Below are positions 32,079 to 41,061 of a stretch of 64,000 bases of DNA, one piece after another. Each line of letters opens with the position of its first letter. Positions within the stretch are counted from its first letter, which is position 1. Position numbers and translations under genes: made by a program. The DNA is from Nitrososphaerota archaeon (GTDB taxonomy: Archaea; Thermoproteota; Nitrososphaeria; PSMU01). The DNA is taken from contig PSMU01000001.1 of the NCBI GenBank assembly GCA_040290255.1, forward strand, positions 96,001 through 160,000, read 5' to 3'. The notes beneath the pieces are model-generated. The model worked only from the letters and a program-made list of their open reading frames with translations, did not search any database and was not told the origin of the DNA.

Positions 32079-32180
32079 TGCCGGGGGCGGGATTTTCGCT
32101 CGATTTCGAACCCGCGACCTCCGGATTATGAGTCTCGCCCTACATGACCGGCGCCCAAAACCAGGCTAGGCGACCCCGGC
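32079..32180 (-). tRNA. Elongator tRNA-Met(CAT), two introns: 30/31 (32134-32147) and 59/60 (32093-32104)
   Basis: CCGG[TCATGTAGGGCGAG]A CT CAT AA TCCGG; T-loop TTCGAA[ATCGAGCGAAAA]T with BHB TTCG AA^A / CGAA AA^T. Confidence 0.88.
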
Positions 32181-32233
32181 ACTTCTCATGATATTCGCAA
32201 GCTATATATAAGTTAACCTTTCGCTGAGTCGAA

Positions 32234-32350
32234 GTGAGCCTCACCGACTTTTTCAATGCGGCCGTGAGCCTCACGATAGCCTCTGCAATTCTTACTCTCA
32301 TCATCATCTTCCTATACCTTAGACCTGAAGCTACGTCGGCCTCTGGCTAG
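32234..32350 (+). CDS. Possible 38-aa single-TM peptide
   Basis: GTG start; MSLTDFFNAAVSLTIASAILTLIIIFLYLRPEATSASG; TATATA about 25-30 nt upstream. Confidence 0.35.
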   Translation: MSLTDFFNAAVSLTIASAILTLIIIFLYLRPEATSASG

Positions 32351-32363
32351 CTGTGCCCCTATA

Positions 32364-33788
32364 CTAAGGCATATTCCTGGGTGATAGCACTTGAACCATC
32401 GTATACTTAGTCACCTCTAGCGTGACTCTATCTCTGAACATCTTGGGTTTTGCGGCCCTTATTAACACCTTTTGCCCTGAGCGGAGCATCTTTACCTGGT
32501 GCGCGTTACTGCCCCAGGCCACCAATTCCACCTCACCACTGCTATCTCCTATTAGGATCCTCGCCTGCTCGACCTCCTTGCCATCGCTCAACTTCACAAC
32601 TCTAACCATTGGCCCAGATAACGTGATGGCGGGCAAAAAGACCCATTGTTCGCCCGGCCCTATATCAGCTATTTTCTTGGAAAGTGCCTCTACCGCTGAT
32701 GCCTTCGTGTTTCCTTCGACGCTCTTTATCTCGACAACATCATGCGCCCTAATAAAGCTCGCTGAGCTCCTACTGGTCAGATGCACGTTCGCATCCAATA
32801 TATCGCCTAACCTCAGGACAAGGTCCCTAGAGGCTTCCACAAAAATAAGCTCCCCGACGTCGTTCCTGCACACCAGATAAGCAAGGTTGCTCTGCGGGTC
32901 CTCTCTGAACGAGAGCACGGTTAGCGCCTGGGTTCTCTGCAGGTCTTCCACTTCAAGATCGCTTTCATCGCCACCCTTTATGAGGAGGCCCCCATAGCTG
33001 CTTTTTGTCACTCTTACATTGTATAGGTACACCAACCTTCCCTCTGCCTCAGATATTCTCTCCAGCGTCAATGGAGGCCGGCGGAAGAGAACTCTTAAAG
33101 GCAGACCCACGCCCCTTACATCCCTGATTCCAAAGGTAACATACTCTAGACCCTTCCCCTCCGTATCCATAGACCCTCGCACCTTCCCCGCGACAATCCC
33201 CCGGAGGACCAAAAAATGCGTCCTGTTCCCAATCGCCGATACATCCGTCGCCAGTTCCTTGGGACTGCTAACGCCTTCTATGTCCGATAGCTTCTCAACC
33301 ACACTATTCTCTCTAACATGTACTGTCACATGATAATCTCTAGCCTCTGTTACAGCTACATTTGAGACCCTGAGCGCATCACCCCTTGAGATCTGTAATG
33401 ATTCCAGCTTCTGCGCTGCTCGCTCCCAAAAGATCATAAGAGCACAGGCACGCTCATCATAGAGAACCCCTTTTCGATAAACCAGCTCGCCCCCTTGGTC
33501 CCGGTTCCCCTGCTTCATCTTAGTAGGGCCTAGAGTAAGGACACGTCCTATCACAGTTACGCCTCTAAGTCCTGCTGTCAGATCACCTACCCTCAGGGCC
33601 AGTATTGGTTCAGGTTCTAAGCGAACACCTAAGTCAGCAGCCACTAGGTAAGCCGCGCCGAGCCGACTCAAATAACCGCCCCCGATCCTCTCACGCTTCT
33701 CGTCTATTAGCCTAAGGAGTTCTTGGGAATCCCTGCCCGTTCGCTCGCTGATGAGCCTAAGCAGTTCGTCTAGCTTCCTTACACTCAC
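32364..33788 (-). CDS. RPA-like multi-OB-fold ssDNA-binding protein
   Basis: GGYLS..GA.YLVA.DLG N-terminus; OB folds (GDSSGEVELVAW). Confidence 0.82.
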   Translation of the reverse strand: MSVRKLDELLRLISERTGRDSQELLRLIDEKRERIGGGYLSRLGAAYLVAADLGVRLEPEPILALRVGDLTAGLRGVTVIGRVLTLGPTKMKQGNRDQGGELVYRKGVLYDERACALMIFWERAAQKLESLQISRGDALRVSNVAVTEARDYHVTVHVRENSVVEKLSDIEGVSSPKELATDVSAIGNRTHFLVLRGIVAGKVRGSMDTEGKGLEYVTFGIRDVRGVGLPLRVLFRRPPLTLERISEAEGRLVYLYNVRVTKSSYGGLLIKGGDESDLEVEDLQRTQALTVLSFREDPQSNLAYLVCRNDVGELIFVEASRDLVLRLGDILDANVHLTSRSSASFIRAHDVVEIKSVEGNTKASAVEALSKKIADIGPGEQWVFLPAITLSGPMVRVVKLSDGKEVEQARILIGDSSGEVELVAWGSNAHQVKMLRSGQKVLIRAAKPKMFRDRVTLEVTKYTMVQVLSPRNMP

Positions 33789-33843
33789 TTTCCTTCCCTC
33801 TTCAATCAGTTCCCCTATTAAACTTCCACTATTTAGTCCGAGC

Positions 33844-34155
33844 TCATAGTGACTTCGCTGTTGCCGCCCTCTTGCGCTTACAGATCATCAGCTCTAGCGA
33901 GGACAGATGCTTTATTCCGCCACCAGGCACTTCGATCGAATCCTTTTCAATTTTCCAACCCTCAATGCTCAGATCCTTTATGAAGCTCTCCCTCAACAAG
34001 TTAACCACCCGCGCCATATTAATTATGCCTACCCCTCTAGCCCTAACTTTAACGCTATTGCATCCCGTATTGAAATGCGTGAGAATGGCGGTCACATAGC
34101 TGAGGGGCGGCTTCTTGCTGCCTATTATGACGAGTGGTAGCTCTTCCTCCAACAA
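33844..34155 (-). CDS. albA: Alba-family chromatin protein
   Basis: IIG.KKP..SYV, VKVRARG..I. Confidence 0.85.
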   Translation of the reverse strand: MLEEELPLVIIGSKKPPLSYVTAILTHFNTGCNSVKVRARGVGIINMARVVNLLRESFIKDLSIEGWKIEKDSIEVPGGGIKHLSSLELMICKRKRAATAKSL

Positions 34156-34245
34156 GGTCGCACGCTCCGCTCATAATATAACTCTTTACCAGCCAAGAGC
34201 TTCAGCTACGGCCTCAGCCATGATGTCGGAATCGCGCCAGCGAGA

Positions 34246-34343
34246 TGCGGGGGGTGGGATTTGAACCCACGAACCCCTTAAGGGACGAGGTCTCTCAATA
34301 TATCCTAAGCCTCGCGCCTTTGACCAGGCTCGGCCACCCCCGC
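34246..34343 (-). tRNA. tRNA-Leu(TAG), 12-nt intron at 37/38 (34292-34303)
   Basis: CGAGG CT TAG G[ATATATTGAGAG]A CCTCG. Confidence 0.92.
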
Positions 34344-34432
34344 ACGCTAAACTGCATTGTATTCTCTTATAAGTAAAACGTCGGCGTTTTTTGACAAGAG
34401 CCACTTTACATGATCCAAGTTAAGCCGTTAGT

Positions 34433-34891
34433 ATGCTGTTGGCCGATTGGCAGATTCGACGGGCCCTAGCGCTAAAGCGCTTGGTCATAGATCCTCTGGA
34501 CGAGGCGCTCATTCAACCTAATGGCGTAGACATAAGGATGGGCTCGGAGTTCAAGTTTCTAGACAAGACGGAAAGCTTTCGGGCTTCCTCCATTCTGCTT
34601 GAGCCACATCGCAGTGTCCTCTGCACTTCGTACGAGACGTTTAGAATGCCTAACGATTTAACTGGCATCATTTGCTTGAAGAGTTCCTACGCCAGAAGAG
34701 GCCTGTTAGCGCCTACCACAGTTATAGACTCCGGGTATTATGGCCGCTTAACGCTTGTCTTGACAGCCGGCAGCGCAGCCATCGAGCTCAGGAGCGGTGA
34801 ACCCATATGGTATCTCCTGCTGGTCCGCTCAGCCAAAGTAAAGAAACCCTATTCCGGCAAGTACCAAGGCATCGACGTTTTGTCGCAATAA
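34433..34891 (+). CDS. dcd: dCTP deaminase / trimeric dUTPase family
   Basis: IQPNGVDIR, KSSYARRG, IDSGY.G, YSGKYQG. Confidence 0.85.
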   Translation: MLLADWQIRRALALKRLVIDPLDEALIQPNGVDIRMGSEFKFLDKTESFRASSILLEPHRSVLCTSYETFRMPNDLTGIICLKSSYARRGLLAPTTVIDSGYYGRLTLVLTAGSAAIELRSGEPIWYLLLVRSAKVKKPYSGKYQGIDVLSQ

Positions 34892-34908
34892 ACCAGCTTA
34901 ACCTAGAG

Positions 34909-34980
34909 GGCCGCGACCGGGAATCGAACCCGGATCTGGAGGTCCACAGCCTCCCGTGCTGCCATTGCACCATCGCGGCC
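34909..34980 (-). tRNA. tRNA-His(GTG), G-1 encoded
   Basis: G-GCCGCGA...GGAGG CT GTG GA CCTCC...TCGCGGC C. Confidence 0.94.
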
Positions 34981-35058
34981 ATACGCCTAGAACAGTTTAG
35001 CACCTTTAACCTTTTCATCGACGGCGCATCTCATTCATGTGAGTTAGTGTGCAAGCAG

Positions 35059-35132
35059 TGGACCGGGCGGGATTCGAACCCGCGACCTCCCGCGTGCGAG
35101 GCGGGCGTTCTACCAGGCTGAACTACCGGCCC
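35059..35132 (-). tRNA. tRNA-Ala(CGC)
   Basis: GGGCCGG/CCGGTCC with G3-U70; CCCGC CT CGC AC GCGGG. Confidence 0.95.
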
Positions 35133-35226
35133 ATCAGCATCTCAAAGCAGGCTCCTTTAAAGTTACCAAGCCTTAACTCACCGAGAACCTGAGGATATAC
35201 CTTTGGCGCTTCGATCATAGCTTAGT

Positions 35227-35318
35227 TGGCGGGCCCGGTGGGATTCGAACCCACGACCTACGGGTCTCTCTACAGCGGTCTAAGAGCCCGCCGCTCTACC
35301 GTGCTGAGCTACGGGCCC
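35227..35318 (-). tRNA. tRNA-Lys(CTT), 15-nt intron at 37/38 (35266-35280), CCA encoded
   Basis: GCGGG CT CTT A[GACCGCTGTAGAGAG]A CCCGT; perfect BHB. Confidence 0.94.
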
Positions 35319-35380
35319 GTGTTGTGAGGTCGAGAGGACCCCCTTTAAACTTTAACTTACCCCATCCTAGTTCCAAGCGC

Positions 35381-36406
35381 ATGGCTCTGTTCTTGATAGG
35401 GCTTGGTATTTACGGGATAGAGGGCATGCCCTACAAGTTAAAGAGGGTCGCAACAAGCTGCAAGACGCTCTATCTCGAGGATTATACGGCTTATGTGCCG
35501 AACAAGCTGATAGACCTCCTGTCGGGCGAGCTCAACAAGCCCATCATAAGGGTGGGCAGGCCTTTCCTTGAGGACGGCGATGAGCTCCTCAGACAGGCGA
35601 AGCAGGATGACATCGTACTGCTCGTATACGGCGACCCGCTCATAGCTACTACTCATTTGCAACTAATTCTAAGGGCCCTCGCACAGGGCGTCAGAGTTAA
35701 GGTGATGCACAATAGCTCTATACTAAATCTTGCATATGGGGGCTTGGGTCTGCAGCCCTATAGATTTGGCAGGTTTGTAACTTTAACGCGCAGCCTAGCA
35801 CCCCCGCTTACCGCATATATGGTGCTGCATACCAACCTAGCTAATAACCTGCATACCCTCATGCTCCTAGAGTACGCGCCGGGCACCGACATCCTTACCC
35901 CGGCCGAGTGCCTCAACCTGTTGCAGAAGGCCGAGGAACAGCTGGGCCTAGGCATAATAAACGCGGACCTTTTCGTAATCGCTCTTTGTGGTTACGAGGA
36001 GGAGACCCAGATTAAAGCAGGCACGTTAGGTGAGCTGGCTAAAATGCGTTTTGGGCTAGGCCAATACTCGCTAATTATACCCGCGCGATTGCACTTTATG
36101 GAGGAGGAGGCGATCAAGAGGCTTTGTGGTTATGACGCCCCTATCCCGGATAATACACAAAGGGTCGTACCGGTTTGGCGTAAAATATTGGAGCCACGGT
36201 TAGCCGAAGTACGTCAAGCGCTCACCAAATTATATGAGCAGAAGGGCTCGCGGGGCGTTTATACGCTACTGGAGAAGGCCCAAACTTACTATGACGACAT
36301 CGACAGATACATTAAAGAGGGAAGGGCCGAGCTGGCCATTCTTACCCTTGGCCGTCTCGAGGGCTTACTCGAGAGCCATTCCAGCCACTTGAAGGTGAGC
36401 AGTTGA
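35381..36406 (+). CDS. dph5: Diphthine synthase with C-terminal DUF357-like domain
   Basis: LIGLG, YLEDYT, GDPLIATTH, GLQPYRFG, HTLMLL, LHFMEEE. Confidence 0.9.
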   Translation: MALFLIGLGIYGIEGMPYKLKRVATSCKTLYLEDYTAYVPNKLIDLLSGELNKPIIRVGRPFLEDGDELLRQAKQDDIVLLVYGDPLIATTHLQLILRALAQGVRVKVMHNSSILNLAYGGLGLQPYRFGRFVTLTRSLAPPLTAYMVLHTNLANNLHTLMLLEYAPGTDILTPAECLNLLQKAEEQLGLGIINADLFVIALCGYEEETQIKAGTLGELAKMRFGLGQYSLIIPARLHFMEEEAIKRLCGYDAPIPDNTQRVVPVWRKILEPRLAEVRQALTKLYEQKGSRGVYTLLEKAQTYYDDIDRYIKEGRAELAILTLGRLEGLLESHSSHLKVSS

Positions 36407-37029
36407 TAGCTACTCGGCTGCCCCGGCATCTTAAGCAGCTGCTCTCTAAGATTTACGCCATGAGCCTAGCCCAAGACGTCGTTAGCGTCTCGGCCATTCA
36501 GAAGGAACTGCCCGTAGAGAGGACATATTTAATGAAGGAGTTGGCTAGACTCAAGGCTTTAGGCCTTATAGCACTGAATAAATCCATTAAGCTAACCGCA
36601 GAGGGCAGAAAGGCCCTTACCGTTGTTTTGGCCGGCGGCGTCTTCGATATCATACACGCCGGCCACCTCTACACCTTGAGCAAGGCCAAGCAGCTTGGTG
36701 ACGTCTTGGTCGTGGTGATCGCTACCGATAGAAGAGTGCTCTCACTTAAAGGGAGGCACGCTCTCCACAGCGCTGACCTGAGAAAGGAGTTGGTTAGCGC
36801 GTTAAAGTGCGTCGATGTCGCGCTCATTGGTAGCGAAGGCAGTATATTTGATACCGTCGTTAAATTAAAGCCTGACATAATAGCCTTGGGGTACGATCAA
36901 GCACATGATGAACAGGAACTCGCCCTAAAATGCAGAGAGATGGGGTTAAACACACGCGTAGTCAGGATAAAGGGCTACGTTAAAGGAGTAAAGACATCTA
37001 GGATTCTTAGGAAGCTTTATCGAGAATAG
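36403..37029 (+). CDS. ribL: FAD synthase-like cytidylyltransferase with N-terminal HTH
   Basis: GGVFDIIHAGH, PDIIALGYDQ; convergent with ribK. Confidence 0.82.
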   Translation: MIATRLPRHLKQLLSKIYAMSLAQDVVSVSAIQKELPVERTYLMKELARLKALGLIALNKSIKLTAEGRKALTVVLAGGVFDIIHAGHLYTLSKAKQLGDVLVVVIATDRRVLSLKGRHALHSADLRKELVSALKCVDVALIGSEGSIFDTVVKLKPDIIALGYDQAHDEQELALKCREMGLNTRVVRIKGYVKGVKTSRILRKLYRE

Positions 37030-37717
37030 AGCGATCGAGCTTCGCTATCACATCAATAACATCTCCATCTTTGGCCGCCAACGCCTCGCGCAGGTTACGC
37101 TCCGCAATTAACTCAGCTATCTGCGCCTGATAATGTGTTCTATCTATATTGCAGAGGAACGCCTCCTCTTCCCTATTCCCGAACCGAACTACAACAGGAT
37201 AACAGGTTAGCCCACCATAGCTCCTCACCCCATCATTCCATTCTCCAATTCTAATGCCGGGCAGAGTAAAGAGCAGCAACTTCTTCAGCACATCCCTCTT
37301 CGTTAGCAAGCTTAGATTCAGGGTGCCCGGGTAAGGTACCATGCCTAGCTTCGCTTGAAACTGTCTCCTGTAACCCTCCAGAGCCATATAATAGCCCCCC
37401 TCCCTTATTCCTGTCATGACGGCTCCTCTCATTCTAATCTCGAGCGACTCTATCCCTAGGGCCTTAACGAGCATAAAAAGCATATGCGATAATTCGCCTA
37501 GGGCTACCTCGTTCACTACTATGTCGCTACGCTTGCCCGTTCTCAGCCGGCTGACATATCCCTGTCTTTCAAGGGCGATGAGATGAGCTGATATGGTTTG
37601 CTGAGCTAGGCCTAGCCTCTTTCCAAGCTCTTTTTCGGCGACCTTTATGCCCTGCTCTAGGCCTCCAAGCCTCGCAAGCTCAAGCAGCGTAAGAAGTAGG
37701 TTACCCTTTAGCTTCAT
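37007..37717 (-). CDS. ribK: CTP-dependent riboflavin kinase with HTH
   Basis: TG..EG.YY, PYPGTLN, RTHY...ELIA..NLR..L...DGD. Confidence 0.9.
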   Translation of the reverse strand: MKLKGNLLLTLLELARLGGLEQGIKVAEKELGKRLGLAQQTISAHLIALERQGYVSRLRTGKRSDIVVNEVALGELSHMLFMLVKALGIESLEIRMRGAVMTGIREGGYYMALEGYRRQFQAKLGMVPYPGTLNLSLLTKRDVLKKLLLFTLPGIRIGEWNDGVRSYGGLTCYPVVVRFGNREEEAFLCNIDRTHYQAQIAELIAERNLREALAAKDGDVIDVIAKLDRSILDKAS

Positions 37718-38339
37718 TTGCCATCCTCGTGGCAAGATCATGGGCCTCTCGAAGCGGCGCTGGGTAGCTCCCCCCTAACTCTAACACGATCCTCCTTACG
37801 TCCTCATTAGAAACTGCATGGCCAATGCTCGCATAGTACCTCTGCGGCCCTGCTGACGCCCATCCTATCACTTCTCCATCAGCAACTATAGCAGAAACTT
37901 CACCTTCCACTTCCTCAACCCTACCCTCTAGCAGCGACTTCGCTATTCCGACCACAGGCCTATCTAGGAGAACTCCTACTATGACGGCTAGCCCCGCCCT
38001 TCTTGGGTGAGCGTACCCGTGTCCATCCACTAGGGCTAAATCAAACTCGTCCTTTAGGGGTTCGGCGGCCGCCAGCATAAGCGGTGCTTCCCGTAAGTAG
38101 AGCAGGCCAGGGATATAGGGGAAAAACACTTTTCCCTTATATACGTTGGATTTGATCGTCGTTTTCTCTTCATAGTCATAGAGAACGGCCGCGGCCACCC
38201 CGACGCCCCTGGCGTAGCTTACATCTAGGCCCAAAAGATACCTGAGGCTCCCATTCCATCCGCGCATATGCATGGCCTTGGCGAGCTGCCTCTGTAGCCT
38301 AATGAAGAAGGATATAGTCGCCTTATCTATCCCGCTCAT
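37701..38339 (-). CDS. nfi: Endonuclease V
   Basis: GLDVSY, PYIPGLL.LRE, VDGHG.AHPRRAGLA, GIAKS. Confidence 0.94.
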   Translation of the reverse strand: MSGIDKATISFFIRLQRQLAKAMHMRGWNGSLRYLLGLDVSYARGVGVAAAVLYDYEEKTTIKSNVYKGKVFFPYIPGLLYLREAPLMLAAAEPLKDEFDLALVDGHGYAHPRRAGLAVIVGVLLDRPVVGIAKSLLEGRVEEVEGEVSAIVADGEVIGWASAGPQRYYASIGHAVSNEDVRRIVLELGGSYPAPLREAHDLATRMANEAKG

Positions 38340-38405
38340 CTGAATAAAAAAAAGTAAAGGGTACTAAAAAGTTTACAAAAGGCCCTAATCAGAGAGGGCT
38401 TACAA

Positions 38406-39395
38406 ATGCAGGCGAAAAGAGCCTCCCGGCCTAGTGCATTTAAGCCAGTGATTACTCAAGCAGCTAATGAGCTTAGCAGGGCAGGGTTTAAGGTCCTCCC
38501 GCTCTCCGGCCCCTCTATGCCTCATATGCTAGCTGCGCGGCGAGGCATGGCAAAGCTGGTCTGTCTTTGCGAATACAGACGCCAGAGAGACTTACATAGA
38601 GCTCGCATCAATTTATCGGAATTAGCTAAAACATTAGGTCTTACGGCCGAGTTATGGAGCAAGAAAAACGCCAGAATGAGTAAGTCCGTGGTCTATAAGG
38701 CGCCTAGCTTTATCGAGCCAGCTCGTGGCAGGGCACTTGCTACCGGGGAGATGCTCGCTATCGAGAAGCTGGCCGGCGCAAGCGGATTGAGCAGGCTTTT
38801 AATGATGGAAAACGCTGGTCGGTCTATAGCGGAGGCGGCAGGCAGACTCTTTGGTTTGACGCAGGGCATGCGGGTCGTGGTGGTCGCAGGCCTGGGCAAC
38901 AACGGCGGAGATGGCCTTGCAGCAGCCAGACATTTAAGATCGTTAGGACTTAAGGTGGACGTCTTTCTTCTTGGGGGAGAGGATGAGATAAGAACACAAG
39001 AAGCGCGTACCAACTGGGGCATACTCAAGAATTTGCGGGCAGCTAGGCTTTATACCCTGAAGGAACACGGCGTTAAAGTGCTGGGCAGGCTGCTGCGACA
39101 CGCCGATTTAATTATCGACGCCCTGCTCGGCACAGGGCTCAAAGGCGCCGTTAGGCCTCCTTTTGACGAAGCAATAAGGCTCATAAACGCCTCTCAGAAG
39201 CCCGTCCTCTCCGTCGACATACCTTCTGGCCTTGACTCAGATACCGGCAGGGCGCTGGGCTTAGCCGTTAAGGCCACCATCACAGTTACTCTACACCGGC
39301 CAAAACTAGGATTGTTGCGGCGAAGCCCCTACGTAGGCGAACTCTATGTGGGCAGCATCGGTCTGCCTGTGCTGCGGAAGAGTCAAGCTATATAA
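38406..39395 (+). CDS. nnrE: NAD(P)H-hydrate epimerase (YjeF-N) with about 100-aa N-terminal extension
   Basis: MMENAG, GNNGGDG, IDALLGTG, SVDIPSG. Confidence 0.88.
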   Translation: MQAKRASRPSAFKPVITQAANELSRAGFKVLPLSGPSMPHMLAARRGMAKLVCLCEYRRQRDLHRARINLSELAKTLGLTAELWSKKNARMSKSVVYKAPSFIEPARGRALATGEMLAIEKLAGASGLSRLLMMENAGRSIAEAAGRLFGLTQGMRVVVVAGLGNNGGDGLAAARHLRSLGLKVDVFLLGGEDEIRTQEARTNWGILKNLRAARLYTLKEHGVKVLGRLLRHADLIIDALLGTGLKGAVRPPFDEAIRLINASQKPVLSVDIPSGLDSDTGRALGLAVKATITVTLHRPKLGLLRRSPYVGELYVGSIGLPVLRKSQAI

Positions 39396-39418
39396 CTTGG
39401 CGAGTGATATTCCCTACA

Positions 39419-40447
39419 ATGGGCGTTAATCTTAGGGATCTAGTAACGCCAGTAAAAGTGAGCCTGAAGGCGCTCAGCGGTAAAACTATTGCCGTAGATG
39501 CTTATAATGCGCTCTATCAATTCTTGGCCATTATAAGAGGAGAGGCCGGCGAGCCCCTTATGGACAGCCAGGGCAGGATAACAAGTCACTTAAGCGGCCT
39601 CTTTTACAGAACCTTAAATCTGCTTTCCGAAGGCGTTAAGCTCATCTACGTATTTGATGGCGTGCCTCCCTCGCTAAAGGCCGCTGAGATAGCGCGCAGG
39701 AGGGCCGTCAAGGACGAGGCCACCCAGAAATACGTTGAAGCCTTAAAGAGGGGCGATCTAGCCGAGGCCAAGAAGTACGCGCAGGCCACCTCTATGATCA
39801 AGGACTATATGGTGGACGACGCGAAGCGGCTCTTAAGGCTGCTCGGGGTGCCCTATGTCGATGCGCCCTCTGAGGGTGAGGCGACGGCCGCCTATCTGAC
39901 TCAAAAGAAAATGGCGGACATGGTGGCTTCACAGGACTTTGACAGCCTACTCTTTGGAGCCACATGTCTAATTAGAAATCTTACGATAAGTGGGAGGAGA
40001 AAATTGCCAAATAAGCCTGTATACGTTGAGGTCGAGCCCGAGCTTATAACGCTTAACGAATTGCTTACCCAGTTGGGCCTGACGCGTGAGCAGCTAATCG
40101 ATGTCGCCATTCTCATAGGCACCGACTTCAATCCCGATGGATTTGAGGGAATTGGCCCCGCAACGGCCTTGAAACTGGTTAAACAGTATGGCCGCCTAGA
40201 GAACATCCCCTCTTTACAGGAGAAACTAAAGGAGGTCGACTACAATCAGATAAGGGAAATCTTTCTGAAACCAGCTCTACCCGCCCGAATAACTCTAGAG
40301 TGGGGCGCGGTAGATGAGCAGGGGCTAATAGACTTCCTATGCAGGGAGAGGGACTTTTCTGTCGAGAGGGTCACCAACGCCCTTAGCCGGTACAAAGAAG
40401 CTCAAGCAAGATCCGCTTCTAGCCTGGAAAAATGGTTTAGAGCCTAG
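39419..40447 (+). CDS. fen: Flap endonuclease 1
   Basis: DAYNALYQFL, APSEGEA, GTDFN, PIP-like SLEKWF. Confidence 0.97.
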   Translation: MGVNLRDLVTPVKVSLKALSGKTIAVDAYNALYQFLAIIRGEAGEPLMDSQGRITSHLSGLFYRTLNLLSEGVKLIYVFDGVPPSLKAAEIARRRAVKDEATQKYVEALKRGDLAEAKKYAQATSMIKDYMVDDAKRLLRLLGVPYVDAPSEGEATAAYLTQKKMADMVASQDFDSLLFGATCLIRNLTISGRRKLPNKPVYVEVEPELITLNELLTQLGLTREQLIDVAILIGTDFNPDGFEGIGPATALKLVKQYGRLENIPSLQEKLKEVDYNQIREIFLKPALPARITLEWGAVDEQGLIDFLCRERDFSVERVTNALSRYKEAQARSASSLEKWFRA

Positions 40448-40712
40448 CGCTGAATCTTCCGACCCCGAGCACCGTTACTGAGCCAACCCCCTCAATGCTA
40501 CTGAGCTGCCGCTCTAACTCGTCCACACTCCCTTCGGCATCCTTCACGCGAACGTCTAAGACCAAAGCGTTTAAACCAAAGGCTATGGGCTCTTCCCAAG
40601 ATCTCTGGACCAACGATGATTTTAGCGACTCCTTTATGTTCTCAAGCAGGGAACTCAGCGGAACCTCGATGCCGCTAGGTAGAACACGTACCCGGACCAG
40701 CAGCTCCCCCAT
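40437..40712 (-). CDS. ef1b: Elongation factor 1-beta
   Basis: RVLP, EEPIAFGL.AL. Confidence 0.92.
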   Translation of the reverse strand: MGELLVRVRVLPSGIEVPLSSLLENIKESLKSSLVQRSWEEPIAFGLNALVLDVRVKDAEGSVDELERQLSSIEGVGSVTVLGVGRFSARL

Positions 40713-40794
40713 AACTCTCGCCCTCGACATCTCGCCTAAACCCGTAGTTATGCCTTCCGTCAAGGCCACCTCAGAGTCCAGAAGTGCTCCTAAT

Positions 40795-40983
40795 TTACGG
40801 CCCTTCAAAAAGGCAATTGATGCACTTATAAGTTCTCATCAGCTTTCTGCAAACCTCACACCTCCAAATTAGAACTTGCTTGCAATTTGGGCAATAGAAT
40901 TTAATGGCCAAGCTCTTAGGTCTTATTGGCCTATTGCAAGACGTACAAAGGGGCAAAGCCAGCTGGCTGCTCACTCCTACCAC
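40795..40983 (-). CDS. Zn-ribbon RNA-binding protein (DUF1610-type)
   Basis: CTSC, FYCPNC, IWRC..CRK, YKC..C.FEGP; upstream of ef1b. Confidence 0.9.
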   Translation of the reverse strand: MVGVSSQLALPLCTSCNRPIRPKSLAIKFYCPNCKQVLIWRCEVCRKLMRTYKCINCLFEGP

Positions 40984-41061
40984 GGACTCTTTTACGCCGT
41001 CCTAATAACATATTCCCTAGCTCCTGAAGCGGCTGCTCTGCTTACTCATGCTTCGCATCTT

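Noticed and set aside
34186-35121. Short ORFs overlapping tRNA-Leu, tRNA-His and tRNA-Ala
   Set aside because: Translations of tRNA sequence.
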